Origin: Elusimicrobiota bacterium | GTDB taxonomy: Bacteria > CAYTYR01 > UBA6262 | Direction of reading: 5' to 3' | DNA: 64,000 nt | NCBI GenBank assembly: GCA_003153935.1 | Contig: PMCA01000027.1 | Coordinates: 9,405 to 73,404, forward strand | Shown: in pieces, positions 19,748-28,900 of the stretch | Layout of the letters: every line of letters starts with the position of its first letter | How positions within the stretch are numbered: the stretch's first letter is position 1 | Program-made: the position numbers and the translations under genes | The notes under the pieces: model-generated | Databases searched by the model: none | Seen by the model: only the letters and a program-made list of their open reading frames with translations | What the model was told of the DNA's origin: nothing

Positions 19748-21021
19748 CCGTTATACTCCTCGCTTTTCGCAGTTTTTAGGAATTGGCTCAGTTCGTCCAG
19801 CTTTATATCTTTTTGTTCCTTGGTTTGCATGTTACGCAGGGTCACGCTGTCTTTTTTTAGTTCCTCTTCTCCCAGTATGGCGGTAAACTTCGCTCCGCTC
19901 TGGTCCGCAAGCCGCATCTGGCTCTTCAAGCTCTTGTTCTCGAAAACCGCTTCTACTTTAATTCTCTGTTGCCGTAATTCACGTATTACCCCAGCCGCCC
20001 GGTTTTGCGCCTGTTCTCCCAGCAGGGCGAAGAAAATATCGATCCTGTTCCCAGGAGTCGCGACCGCTTTTTGTTTCTGCCGGACCTCGCTCACTCTTTC
20101 CAGCCCCAAGGCGAACCCCACGGCCGGCATGGGCGGGCCGCCCAGTTCCTGCACTAATTTGTCATATCTCCCGCCCGCGGCAATAGTATCCTGGGCTCCC
20201 AGGTTCTCGGATTTTATCTCGAACACGGTGCGGGTGTAGTAATCCAGACCGCGCACCAGGTATTTATCGATAATAAAATTAACTTTTTCTTTTTTCAGGT
20301 CGGCTTCGATCTCAGACAGGTTGGTTTTGCAGGCGTCACACAGCCAATCCTGCATCGCGGGGATACCGAAGATTATTTCCCGGCAGGAATCCACCTTGCA
20401 GTCCAGCACCCGCAGCGGGTTCTTTACCGCCCGCCGTTGGCAATCGCCGCATAATTTACCCGTCTGGTCCTGCAAGTATTTTTTAAGGACTTCCCGGTAA
20501 GCCGGCCGGCAATCGGCACAGCCGACGCTGTTCAAGCATACTTTCAACCCCGTTAAACCGATAGCGGCGAAATAATCCACGCACCAGAGGATAATCTCCA
20601 GGTCCCGGCGGTAATTATCCGATCCGACGCATTCAGCGCCAATCTGGTAGAACTGGCGGTAACGCCCCGCCTGCGGCCGTTCATAGCGGAACATCGGCCC
20701 CAGGTAATAGAGCTTGGCGATATTGCTCTGGACCAGCAGGTTTTGTTCGATCGCTGCGCGTATCACGCCAGCGGTCCCTTCCGGGCGCAGGGTGAGGTTA
20801 CGGCCCTTTTTGTCCTGGAAAGAATACATTTCTTTTTCCACGATATCGGTATCCTCCCCGATACTGCGGTTAAACAGCGCTGATTCCTCGAAAATGGGCG
20901 TGCGTATTTCACTAAAGCCGTAAGCCTTAAGCAAGGCTACGGCTGTGTTTTCCAAATATTGCCAGAGCTCGATCTCGGGGGAAAAAACATCCCTGGTCCC
21001 GCGTACGCTTTTGAATTTCAC
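19744..21021 (-). CDS. hisS: Histidine--tRNA ligase
   Basis: 425 aa; MKFKSVRGTRDVFSPE..., class IIa motifs and a C-terminal anticodon-binding domain. Confidence 0.9.
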   Translation of the reverse strand: MKFKSVRGTRDVFSPEIELWQYLENTAVALLKAYGFSEIRTPIFEESALFNRSIGEDTDIVEKEMYSFQDKKGRNLTLRPEGTAGVIRAAIEQNLLVQSNIAKLYYLGPMFRYERPQAGRYRQFYQIGAECVGSDNYRRDLEIILWCVDYFAAIGLTGLKVCLNSVGCADCRPAYREVLKKYLQDQTGKLCGDCQRRAVKNPLRVLDCKVDSCREIIFGIPAMQDWLCDACKTNLSEIEADLKKEKVNFIIDKYLVRGLDYYTRTVFEIKSENLGAQDTIAAGGRYDKLVQELGGPPMPAVGFALGLERVSEVRQKQKAVATPGNRIDIFFALLGEQAQNRAAGVIRELRQQRIKVEAVFENKSLKSQMRLADQSGAKFTAILGEEELKKDSVTLRNMQTKEQKDIKLDELSQFLKTAKSEEYNG

Positions 21022-21031
21022 TCTTACTCCT

Positions 21032-21952
21032 TTACAGCCGGTAAGTTACGCTATCCACGCCACGGTTGGTGGCATTTTCCAGCACCTGCAGCGCCTGTTC
21101 CCGGATATGGCTCAGCTGCTCCGTATTCTCTACCCGTCCCTGGCCATTGAATACTTCCAGCATCAATACGTCCTTATAACCGATATCCTGCAGGCTGGAC
21201 ATGATCCCCGGCCAGTAGATCTGGCCGTTGCCCGGAGTTAAATGGTCGTCATACTGGCCATGATTGTCGGACAGGTGCAGGGCGATGATCCGCTTGTTGA
21301 GATTTTTCAGCGCCTCAACCGGGTCCTGCGCCAGGTTGGCGTGGGAAGTATCGAAACACACTCCCACCGTCGGCGACTGCAATTCGTCCACCAGACTGTT
21401 CAGGTCTTCTACACGCCCGCCCAGCAAATGCGGCAGGAGGTTCTCCACCGCCAGCCTGATCTTCTTCAGCCGGCAATACTCCACCAGCTCTTTCAAACTT
21501 TCCCGGCACTTGGCCAGCCGCCGGTTCTTTTCGTCCCAATTATTCAGGTCAAAGGGCTGGATGCTGGGATGCACGATGGCGATCTCGCCGCCCAGGTATT
21601 CCAGGACATCGATTCCCTTCTTGAATTCCCAGATGGCATGCACGCGCGTGCGCTCATCCTGACAGGCGATATCCAGCTCCGGGAAGACCGGCAGGTGCAG
21701 GGAATGGACATGGATATTGAATTCCCGCAGCTTATTACGCAAATTGTAGGAATGGATCTTCTGCTGCCAGATCTCCAGTCCTTCTTTCAGGAAAAAGTTG
21801 GCATGCTGGGTACCCAGGTTATTAGCGGAACCCCACTCCATCGTATCCAGGCAGATCTCAATGATCTCGAACCCCGCCTCTTTGATAAACGGCAGATGCC
21901 CGATCAGGTCCTGGTCATGGAACAATCCGGTAGAAATCCCCAATTTTACCAC
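21032..21952 (-). CDS. Sugar phosphate isomerase/epimerase (xylose isomerase-like TIM-barrel family)
   Basis: 306 aa; AP-endonuclease-2/TIM-barrel family signature segments (EIIEICLD..., VHPS..., ALHLSDN); GTG start with RBS GAGGGGAG. Confidence 0.6.
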   Translation of the reverse strand: MVKLGISTGLFHDQDLIGHLPFIKEAGFEIIEICLDTMEWGSANNLGTQHANFFLKEGLEIWQQKIHSYNLRNKLREFNIHVHSLHLPVFPELDIACQDERTRVHAIWEFKKGIDVLEYLGGEIAIVHPSIQPFDLNNWDEKNRRLAKCRESLKELVEYCRLKKIRLAVENLLPHLLGGRVEDLNSLVDELQSPTVGVCFDTSHANLAQDPVEALKNLNKRIIALHLSDNHGQYDDHLTPGNGQIYWPGIMSSLQDIGYKDVLMLEVFNGQGRVENTEQLSHIREQALQVLENATNRGVDSVTYRL

Positions 21953-21996
21953 ACGAACTCCCCTCGGTTCAGGTTGGTAAAACAGCCCCTAAATTC

Positions 21997-23391
21997 CTAT
22001 TGTATTTTATAATTTTTCAAATTATGTCCGCACCAGGGCTTGACGCAGTAACCCTTCTCCTGGTGAGAAATGCAATTTAAGTCCTGCTCGTTATCGATAT
22101 GGTCGGCGAGCAATCCCGCGAACAGCCGCACGTAAAACTGCGCCCGCGTGCAGGGATCGTATCTCTTCCAGAAATCACCCCATTTATAATCGCGCTCATA
22201 CCGTGACCTGATCAGCCCGGCGATATGCTTAGGATGCCAGTTCAGTTTGGTCAACAGCCGGGTGATCAGCTGGATATTGGTCGGCTTCAGTAAATTATTA
22301 TTCGGGTAACGCAACGCGTGCGCGGCGCAGGCCGGCAGATCGTCAATATGGAAATAGTCATAAGAGCGCGGCCATTCGACCGGCGAATGCATATATTCCT
22401 GATCAAAGTATTTATGAAATTTAATCAATTGGGAATGCTTATAACTGTTGATCAGTTTCATCACCGCCGCCGACGCGTCCGGTATAACGGTATGGATGTG
22501 CGCGGCGTAATCGGCGGCCTGCTTATAATTCTGTCTGATCAGCAGCATATCCTCCAGGCTCAGCTCGATCCGGGGAATGGTCACCTGTATCGGCGTGGCG
22601 TCGGCCACCTGCTCGGTAAATTTCTGCTTCTGGACCTTATGTTTCTGGTACAGGCTGAAAGCGCAGCGAGTATCGCGGATGTTCATCGGGTCCCCGTACA
22701 TGGACAGGTCCAGGTTGATGGCCTCGCGGCCCTCGCCGCCCTTGCCTACCGCCGTGTCCGTGCAAACCACCGGCAGAGGACTGACCAGCTTGATCTCCTT
22801 GATCACCTGGTGCGACACATATTCCAGCAGCCGACCCATGCCGTCATGGGCCAGGTTGAAGCGCAGGTTATTCAGGTTTTCCAATGAAAGATCGCGGGTC
22901 GCGGCCAGGTTATCGCTGAGCTTGCCGATCTTTTCCAGGGCCTTATTGGTCCGGGAATCGCGCTTGATCTCGAAAGCGAAATGATATCCCTGCCCGGTCA
23001 TGATCACCAGCGGATGTATTTCCAGTCGGTGGAAGACTTTTAAAATAGCCTTATAGACCGGCTCGATCTTGGTAAAGACTTCCTCCGGCTGCAAATACGC
23101 TTTGCCGGGGAAATCCATGTTAAAATATTCTATATCCAGTATGCCAATCGTAAAATTTACGTCACTGACCGAGCGGAATATATCCAAACCTTTTTCCAGT
23201 ATCCAGTCGAACTTATCCTTGGTAGTGGAAATAAAATTGCGGGCGTTTATGTCTTCCTGCTGCAGCACCGTCCCGTAACCGACTAAATACTGGGCGGAGA
23301 ACCCCATCGGATCCTGCACTTCGCCCCCGCAGTATTCCGCAATGCGTTTTCGCACATGCGAGTTCTTGTAAAACTCTTTGTCTGGCGTCAT
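21997..23391 (-). CDS. Hypothetical protein, 464 aa, with a C-terminal Cys/His cluster; no family recognised
   Basis: Long uninterrupted ORF with a near-consensus promoter and RBS; ends ...CISHQEKGYCVKPWCGHNLKNYKIQ. I cannot assign it to a known family. Confidence 0.5.
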   Translation of the reverse strand: MTPDKEFYKNSHVRKRIAEYCGGEVQDPMGFSAQYLVGYGTVLQQEDINARNFISTTKDKFDWILEKGLDIFRSVSDVNFTIGILDIEYFNMDFPGKAYLQPEEVFTKIEPVYKAILKVFHRLEIHPLVIMTGQGYHFAFEIKRDSRTNKALEKIGKLSDNLAATRDLSLENLNNLRFNLAHDGMGRLLEYVSHQVIKEIKLVSPLPVVCTDTAVGKGGEGREAINLDLSMYGDPMNIRDTRCAFSLYQKHKVQKQKFTEQVADATPIQVTIPRIELSLEDMLLIRQNYKQAADYAAHIHTVIPDASAAVMKLINSYKHSQLIKFHKYFDQEYMHSPVEWPRSYDYFHIDDLPACAAHALRYPNNNLLKPTNIQLITRLLTKLNWHPKHIAGLIRSRYERDYKWGDFWKRYDPCTRAQFYVRLFAGLLADHIDNEQDLNCISHQEKGYCVKPWCGHNLKNYKIQ

Positions 23392-23442
23392 AATCTGGGT
23401 ATTTACCCTCGCGTTTTACGTGACGTTTTCTAAATTATGTTA

Positions 23443-23470
23443 TTATATCGCTATTGACGGATTAATGCAA
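23443..23470 (-). promoter_or_regulatory. Sigma70-type promoter (TTGCAT-N16-TATAAT) for the 464-aa hypothetical gene
   Basis: Minus strand reads TTGCATtaatccgtcaatagcgaTATAAT, about 50 nt upstream of the ATG at 23391. Confidence 0.5.
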
Positions 23471-23491
23471 CAAATTTATATAAGCAAAAAC

Positions 23492-23574
23492 AGTTTTAAG
23501 TGTTAAGTGAAAAGTGTTAAGTTATGGTGATTTTTTACCACAACTTAAAACTTATAACTTATAACTCAAAACTG
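23492..23574. repeat. Heptamer-array palindromic intergenic element, copy 2
   Basis: Plus strand: AGTTTTA AGTGTTA AGTGAAA AGTGTTA AGTTATG, spacer gtgattttttaccac, then inverted units CAACTTA AAACTTA TAACTTA TAACTCA AAACTGC. It lies between the GT4 stop and the promoter above. Confidence 0.6.
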
Positions 23575-23577
23575 CTT

Positions 23578-24672
23578 TTATTTTAATTCCAGGACTTTCT
23601 GGTAGGCGTGTTCGGTGTTGACGGCGAATCTGTCCAAGGTGTATCTTTCTTCCATCTGGCGCCGGGCTTTGGCGCCCATACGCTGGCACATATTCTTGTC
23701 TATCAGCAGTTCATATAACCGCTGGGCCATGGCCTCATGGTCGCCAGGGTCGACCAGGTAGCCATTCTGCATATCGCTGACCAGTTCAGGCAGGCAGCCT
23801 ACTTTAGTGGCCACTACCGGTTTGCCGCAAGCCATCCACTCCATGGCCGCCCGGGAAATGGCTTCGCTGCCAACGGAAGCTATCACCCCGATATCGCAGG
23901 CGTTCATGATCTCCACGATCTCTTCCCGCCGGCCGGCGTAAATTATATCGTCCTGCAGACCCAGGCTATAAACTGTTTCCGCCAGTCTTTTCCATTTAAT
24001 GTTCTCTTCCTTGCCCACGATCAGGAACTTCACCTTAGGGAAAATATCTTTTATCATTTTAGCGGCCTGGATGAAATTACTGTGGCCCTTGATCGGGTCC
24101 AGTCGGCCAACTATTCCTACTAAAGAAACCCCGTCCTCGATCTTGAATTCCCGGCGGATCTTGTCGCTGCTGAAGCCCGGCTTGAAAAAACCCGTATCGA
24201 TACCCTGGTAGATGGTCACGAACTTATAATCCGGCAAGCCCAGGCTTTCGATACAACCCTGGCGAATGAATTCTGCAGCGCAAATAACCAGGGCGCTCTT
24301 TTCGTATAGATGCTTGTTGGCCGGGTTGGCATTAGGAGCGCGGATATCCCCGCGTGTGCGTACGATGGGGATCTGGCTCAAAGTTGTGCGCAGGCAGAAA
24401 TAGGCCCAGAAGTGGCTTTGGCCGCCATGGGCGTTAACCAGTTCTATTTTCTCCCTGGTGATGGCAGTGCGGAAATTAAAAACATTCACATCGGTAAAAT
24501 TCACCGGTAAAGTCGGGATACCCAGGCGCGCCGCCTGCAGTAACGGCGGCTTGTTGGGCCAGCCGCCGACGATCACCTTATGCCCGTGCCACATCATCGC
24601 CTGTGACAGGGTGAGAGCGTAGTTGGTTATCCCGCTATCCCACGGTTCGTCTATCAGTTGCAGTATATTCAT
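23578..24672 (-). CDS. Glycosyltransferase family 4 (GT-B, retaining)
   Basis: 364 aa; C-terminal GT4 core with a conserved E-x7-E-like region and the donor-binding segment (GKPVVATKVGCLPELV). Confidence 0.8.
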   Translation of the reverse strand: MNILQLIDEPWDSGITNYALTLSQAMMWHGHKVIVGGWPNKPPLLQAARLGIPTLPVNFTDVNVFNFRTAITREKIELVNAHGGQSHFWAYFCLRTTLSQIPIVRTRGDIRAPNANPANKHLYEKSALVICAAEFIRQGCIESLGLPDYKFVTIYQGIDTGFFKPGFSSDKIRREFKIEDGVSLVGIVGRLDPIKGHSNFIQAAKMIKDIFPKVKFLIVGKEENIKWKRLAETVYSLGLQDDIIYAGRREEIVEIMNACDIGVIASVGSEAISRAAMEWMACGKPVVATKVGCLPELVSDMQNGYLVDPGDHEAMAQRLYELLIDKNMCQRMGAKARRQMEERYTLDRFAVNTEHAYQKVLELK

Positions 24673-24688
24673 GTTGGCCTTTCCGGTA

Positions 24689-25945
24689 TTATCCGCTGCG
24701 CTCTGTCTTATACCACAGGGCTTTTTCCTTTTTTATAAAATCCTTAATGAAAGCGGATATTACCACCACCAGCCAAAGCTGGCAATAGGTGAAATACATC
24801 AGTATAACGTAAAAAATATTGGTGACGCTGTCTTCATTCGATTCCCGCGAAAGCATCAGTACAATCTCGCTGACGAAAAGCATGTAGGCGGCTATCCAAA
24901 CTTCCAGGAACGGCCCCTGTATCCGGATATGGACCAGGTTCAGCAACCCGAGGATAAAGAATATATCCGATGAGATCATGGCCAGGAAAAATACGTAATA
25001 CATTACAAAAAACAGCAGGAATTCTGTGCCTATCGCCTTATTCTTGAACGCCTTGAATTCAGCCAACACCCTGGTCAGCACATAATTATTCCCTCTGACC
25101 CAGCGTTCTCTTTGACGCAACCAGACCTTGACTTTTTCCGGTTCCTGCTCCCTGGTAATAGCTTCCGGCACGAAACAGATCTTCCCGCCAGCCCGGTAAA
25201 GCCGTAAGGACAGCTCCGCGTCTTCGGTCAAGGCCTTCTCATCCCAACCGCCTACCGCCTGGACTGATTTTTTCCAGATGACAAAGTTGGTACCGGGAAG
25301 GATGGCAATATTGAAGAAAAATGAGCGGCCCGCCTGGATGATCCATTGGAAAGTCAAGGATTCAATATTAATGAACCTGGTAAGCAGGTTTTTATCCTTA
25401 TTAATGGTGCGAAATTTGCCTATCGCCGCTACTATATCTTTTTTGGTCACCAACTCCCGTACTAGTATTTTCAGGGATGCAGTCTCTGGACGGTTATCCG
25501 CGTCGTAAACCGCAATGATCTCCCCGCTGGTCCGCTCCAAGGCGATATTTAATACGCGAGACTTACCCTGACCGCTCTCGGCCAGCGGGATATTTATTAC
25601 CTTCAGCCGACTGTCGTTGATAGATTCCAGAATCTCCCGGGTACGGTCAGTGGAGCCGTCATTGATGATGATAACCTCTATCTTATCCGCCGGATAGTCC
25701 AAGCGAAATAAACAAGAAACCGTTTCCGCGATGACCTTCTCTTCGTTCCGGGCGGGGATGATAACGCTCACCAAAGGCCAGTCCTTAAAACCAGGGGCCA
25801 TTATACTCGCCTTGTTTTTTCTCCGGCTGTAAAGATAGCCACCAAAGGTAAGGATTACCTGATACACCAGCATCAACCAGATGATGGCTACGGAGAGCAA
25901 ATAAATTGATTCAAAAATAATATCGGTCATGATTATGGCCACCAT
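24689..25945 (-). CDS. Processive family-2 glycosyltransferase (PgaC/IcaA/cellulose-synthase-like polysaccharide synthase)
   Basis: 418 aa; two N-terminal TMs; GT2 catalytic domain (VIIPARNEE...IINDGSTD); the Q-x-x-R-W motif (QRERWVRG); C-terminal TM bundle. Confidence 0.8.
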   Translation of the reverse strand: MVAIIMTDIIFESIYLLSVAIIWLMLVYQVILTFGGYLYSRRKNKASIMAPGFKDWPLVSVIIPARNEEKVIAETVSCLFRLDYPADKIEVIIINDGSTDRTREILESINDSRLKVINIPLAESGQGKSRVLNIALERTSGEIIAVYDADNRPETASLKILVRELVTKKDIVAAIGKFRTINKDKNLLTRFINIESLTFQWIIQAGRSFFFNIAILPGTNFVIWKKSVQAVGGWDEKALTEDAELSLRLYRAGGKICFVPEAITREQEPEKVKVWLRQRERWVRGNNYVLTRVLAEFKAFKNKAIGTEFLLFFVMYYVFFLAMISSDIFFILGLLNLVHIRIQGPFLEVWIAAYMLFVSEIVLMLSRESNEDSVTNIFYVILMYFTYCQLWLVVVISAFIKDFIKKEKALWYKTERSG

Positions 25946-28900
25946 TTCCTTTTAATCTGTATCGCCAGGAACAAAGCGATGAAAGTAACGCTGGTAAAGA
26001 ACCCGAAAATAAAGATGAGCGAGAATAACACTACTCCGGAGGTTTCCACCAGGCGGGCCAGGCCGCCGGCCACTACGATCTTTACAACGTGAGTACCCCG
26101 CGGTAGCCTGACGGAGTAACCGGTATCGCCCTCGTAAATTTGGCAATTGGCGCGATTATCGTCCACGTATATCCTGGCCGGGATCTTATTGATTATGGCA
26201 TAGCAGGCCGACCGTTCAGCGCTGTAAGAGAATTCTATGGCATTATTGGAAAAGTTGGCCCATTTGAGTTCTCCGGAAATATAGCTAAGCCGGGGCTTCA
26301 TGCTGGCCATATCGAAATACCGGGGTTCAGCTTCGAACTTCAGGGTATGTTCACCAGCCGGGACCACCACTTCCTCGCCTTCCCCGGCAAACCAATTATC
26401 ATCATCCAGCTTGGTGATCAATCCCTGCCGGCCGCTCCTGATAGTGACCATATAAGGAGTATTGATCTTCCATTGTGTATCGGATTCAGCTTTAATGTTA
26501 ACATCACGCGCCAGCACCGAAGAAATATTCCGGTAATCGTTCTCATAAATAGTCGCCTCGGAATAGAATACCGGCCGGCTCTTCGTCAGGTCCATGTTGT
26601 AAGCGATCTGCCTGATCTCCTCGCCGGTCGGCTTTTCCGCCGGCAGGCCGCCCTCACCTTTTTTATGATTGTCCAGGATATTACAGTCTAATGCCAGCTG
26701 GTCGTCCGCTTTGATGAATTTACGGTAATAATTACCCAGGGTGAGATAACGATCGGGCTTCCCGCTCCAGAACGGCAGGGAATCCTCGACCTGTAGAGTG
26801 AGATCGTATTTTTTCTGCAAGCTGATCAGGTTATCGGTACTTTCCCCCAGGTAGTCTTCCAACTGGGGCGCCTGGCTGGTATCGATAGCGGTCATTACTA
26901 TCTCAAAATCCTTTTTCTTCTGCTGGATGCCGGACAACATGTCCAGGTAATAGGTTTTCAGGCGGAAACTTAAGTCCCGGCGGTAGCGGGCCAGTTTCCC
27001 CCAATCTTCAGGATGGTTCTGCCAGTAATGCGCGCTCTGCGGGTCGAATATCTGCAACGGGTCGAACCCGTATATTCCCGTGAATTCTTTCCTTACCGTT
27101 TCGTTCATGGGCGTAAAATTCTCGGGATAGGCCGGCCCGCCGGCAGACTCGAAATAAAGCTCCGAGAGATTAACGCCATCCCAATCGTACCTGGTAAGTA
27201 AAGCGCTGATCTCGGAAAACGCTTTCTGCCGGCAATGTTCGTCAGCCAGGTTCATTAAATTACGCCACGAAACCTTACCGTCTTTCAGCTTAGCGGTCTT
27301 CTCCCGCCATTCCGGATGTTGGTCCCAAAAACGCTGGTTGACCATGGGCGGTTCCAGCCAGCAATAGACCAAAATGCCGTTCTGGTGGCAGACCTTAAGT
27401 AAACGGGCGTAGTCATAGGAATACTTGCTATAAAAATGCCAGCCCCCGGCATAGATCTTCTGCACGCCATATTTTCTCCAGAGCACGGCCAGTTTCTCAA
27501 TACTGATGAACTGTCGCATCCCGGGATCAAAATACATCTCCGCGGCCTTGCGCTCTGCCAGCAACGGATAATTAAATACGCTGGTCAATGTTTCCGCGAG
27601 AAAAGGGAAACGTGAATAACCGCGATCGCTATCCGGGTCAAAATAAGTGGCATAATAGAGGAAACCGCCTTTGCCTAACCTCCCACCGACGGCCACCGGC
27701 AGGTTGGAAGATTCTTCGGCGCTTATAATTTGATAATCCTTGTCCGCTGATTTGTATATCGGCTTAACGCCGGCGGTTTTGGACCAATACAGCGGCAGAT
27801 CCGGAAATTGGTTATCGCGTATCTGCTTGACCAGGATCGACTCTTCCTGCAGTTCTATTCCCAAGGCATCGCCCACCTTAGTCGCTCCATCGGTAACCAG
27901 ATCGGCGCCGGAGCTTATGGCCTCCAACAAGTGTTTAATTTCCTCTGCTTTTAAATTTTTGGCGGCGGCATAAGGCAGGATGATAAGGTCATAATCACGC
28001 AAATCGAGATTAAGGATATCCTTGCTATTCAGGTCCTGGAATTTTATCCCGGCCACGGAGAGAGAGAATTTTAGGGATTTAAGATCATTGTTCTCCTCCC
28101 TGGAAACAGGCGGGACCGGAGGGTCAATAAAAGCCACGTCCATAACTTCATTCAATTTTCCGCCTGATTTTTTTGCGCTTATCCGGCGCAGGTAACTCAA
28201 GTCAGTCTTCGCCAAGTGCCACATTTTTTTCCAGAACCCCGGCTCCAGGTTCTCCTGGGGTTTGACCACTACGTACTCTCCCGGACCGCACTTTACCGGC
28301 ACGGTATTTTGCTGGCCAGCGGTATTTACCAGGATTTGCTGGCTTACCTCCTGGCCCTGTAAATTAAAAGTTTTTATGGCCAGGTACTTATCGTTGCTCA
28401 AGACGCTGACATCGGTTGTTTGCGAGACTATGGCCTTATCTTTGGCCCTGACCTCCGGAGAGAACTCCTTAATATCCCCGAACACATAGCCTAATTTCCT
28501 GACGCCTTTGACTATCTGGCGCAGGTAAGATATGTCGATGATCGGGTGGAAAAAGAAACTGGCAAAACCATCCCTGACCGAGAGATTAAGCCGGGCGGCA
28601 TCGATGATCTCCTGGGCGTCCGGTTTATCCAGGTGCACATAGCCCAGGTTTTCCGGAATAGTTTCTTGCCCGAAGATATCCGTGACGCGGTAGGGAAAGA
28701 ACTGGTCGGTGCCCAGGAAATTCCTGACCCGGCGGCGTTCATAGACCAGTGAAAAATATTTCTTGATGGCGTGGTAAGCGTTATCCGAGGCGAAATAGTG
28801 CGGCGTTTCCCAGACCAGGGGATAGATATCATTGCTGAAGCATTCCCGCAACCCCTTCTCGATCCGCAGCGCGGCGTTATCATAAGAGTCTCCGCGCACC

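Noticed and set aside
23392-23577. Possible small RNA gene (4.5S/SRP, 6S) or tRNA in the largest intergenic gap (186 bp)
   Set aside because: No tRNA cloverleaf or T-loop (GTTCGA) motif and no SRP domain IV consensus. The space is fully accounted for by a promoter plus heptamer element copy 2.
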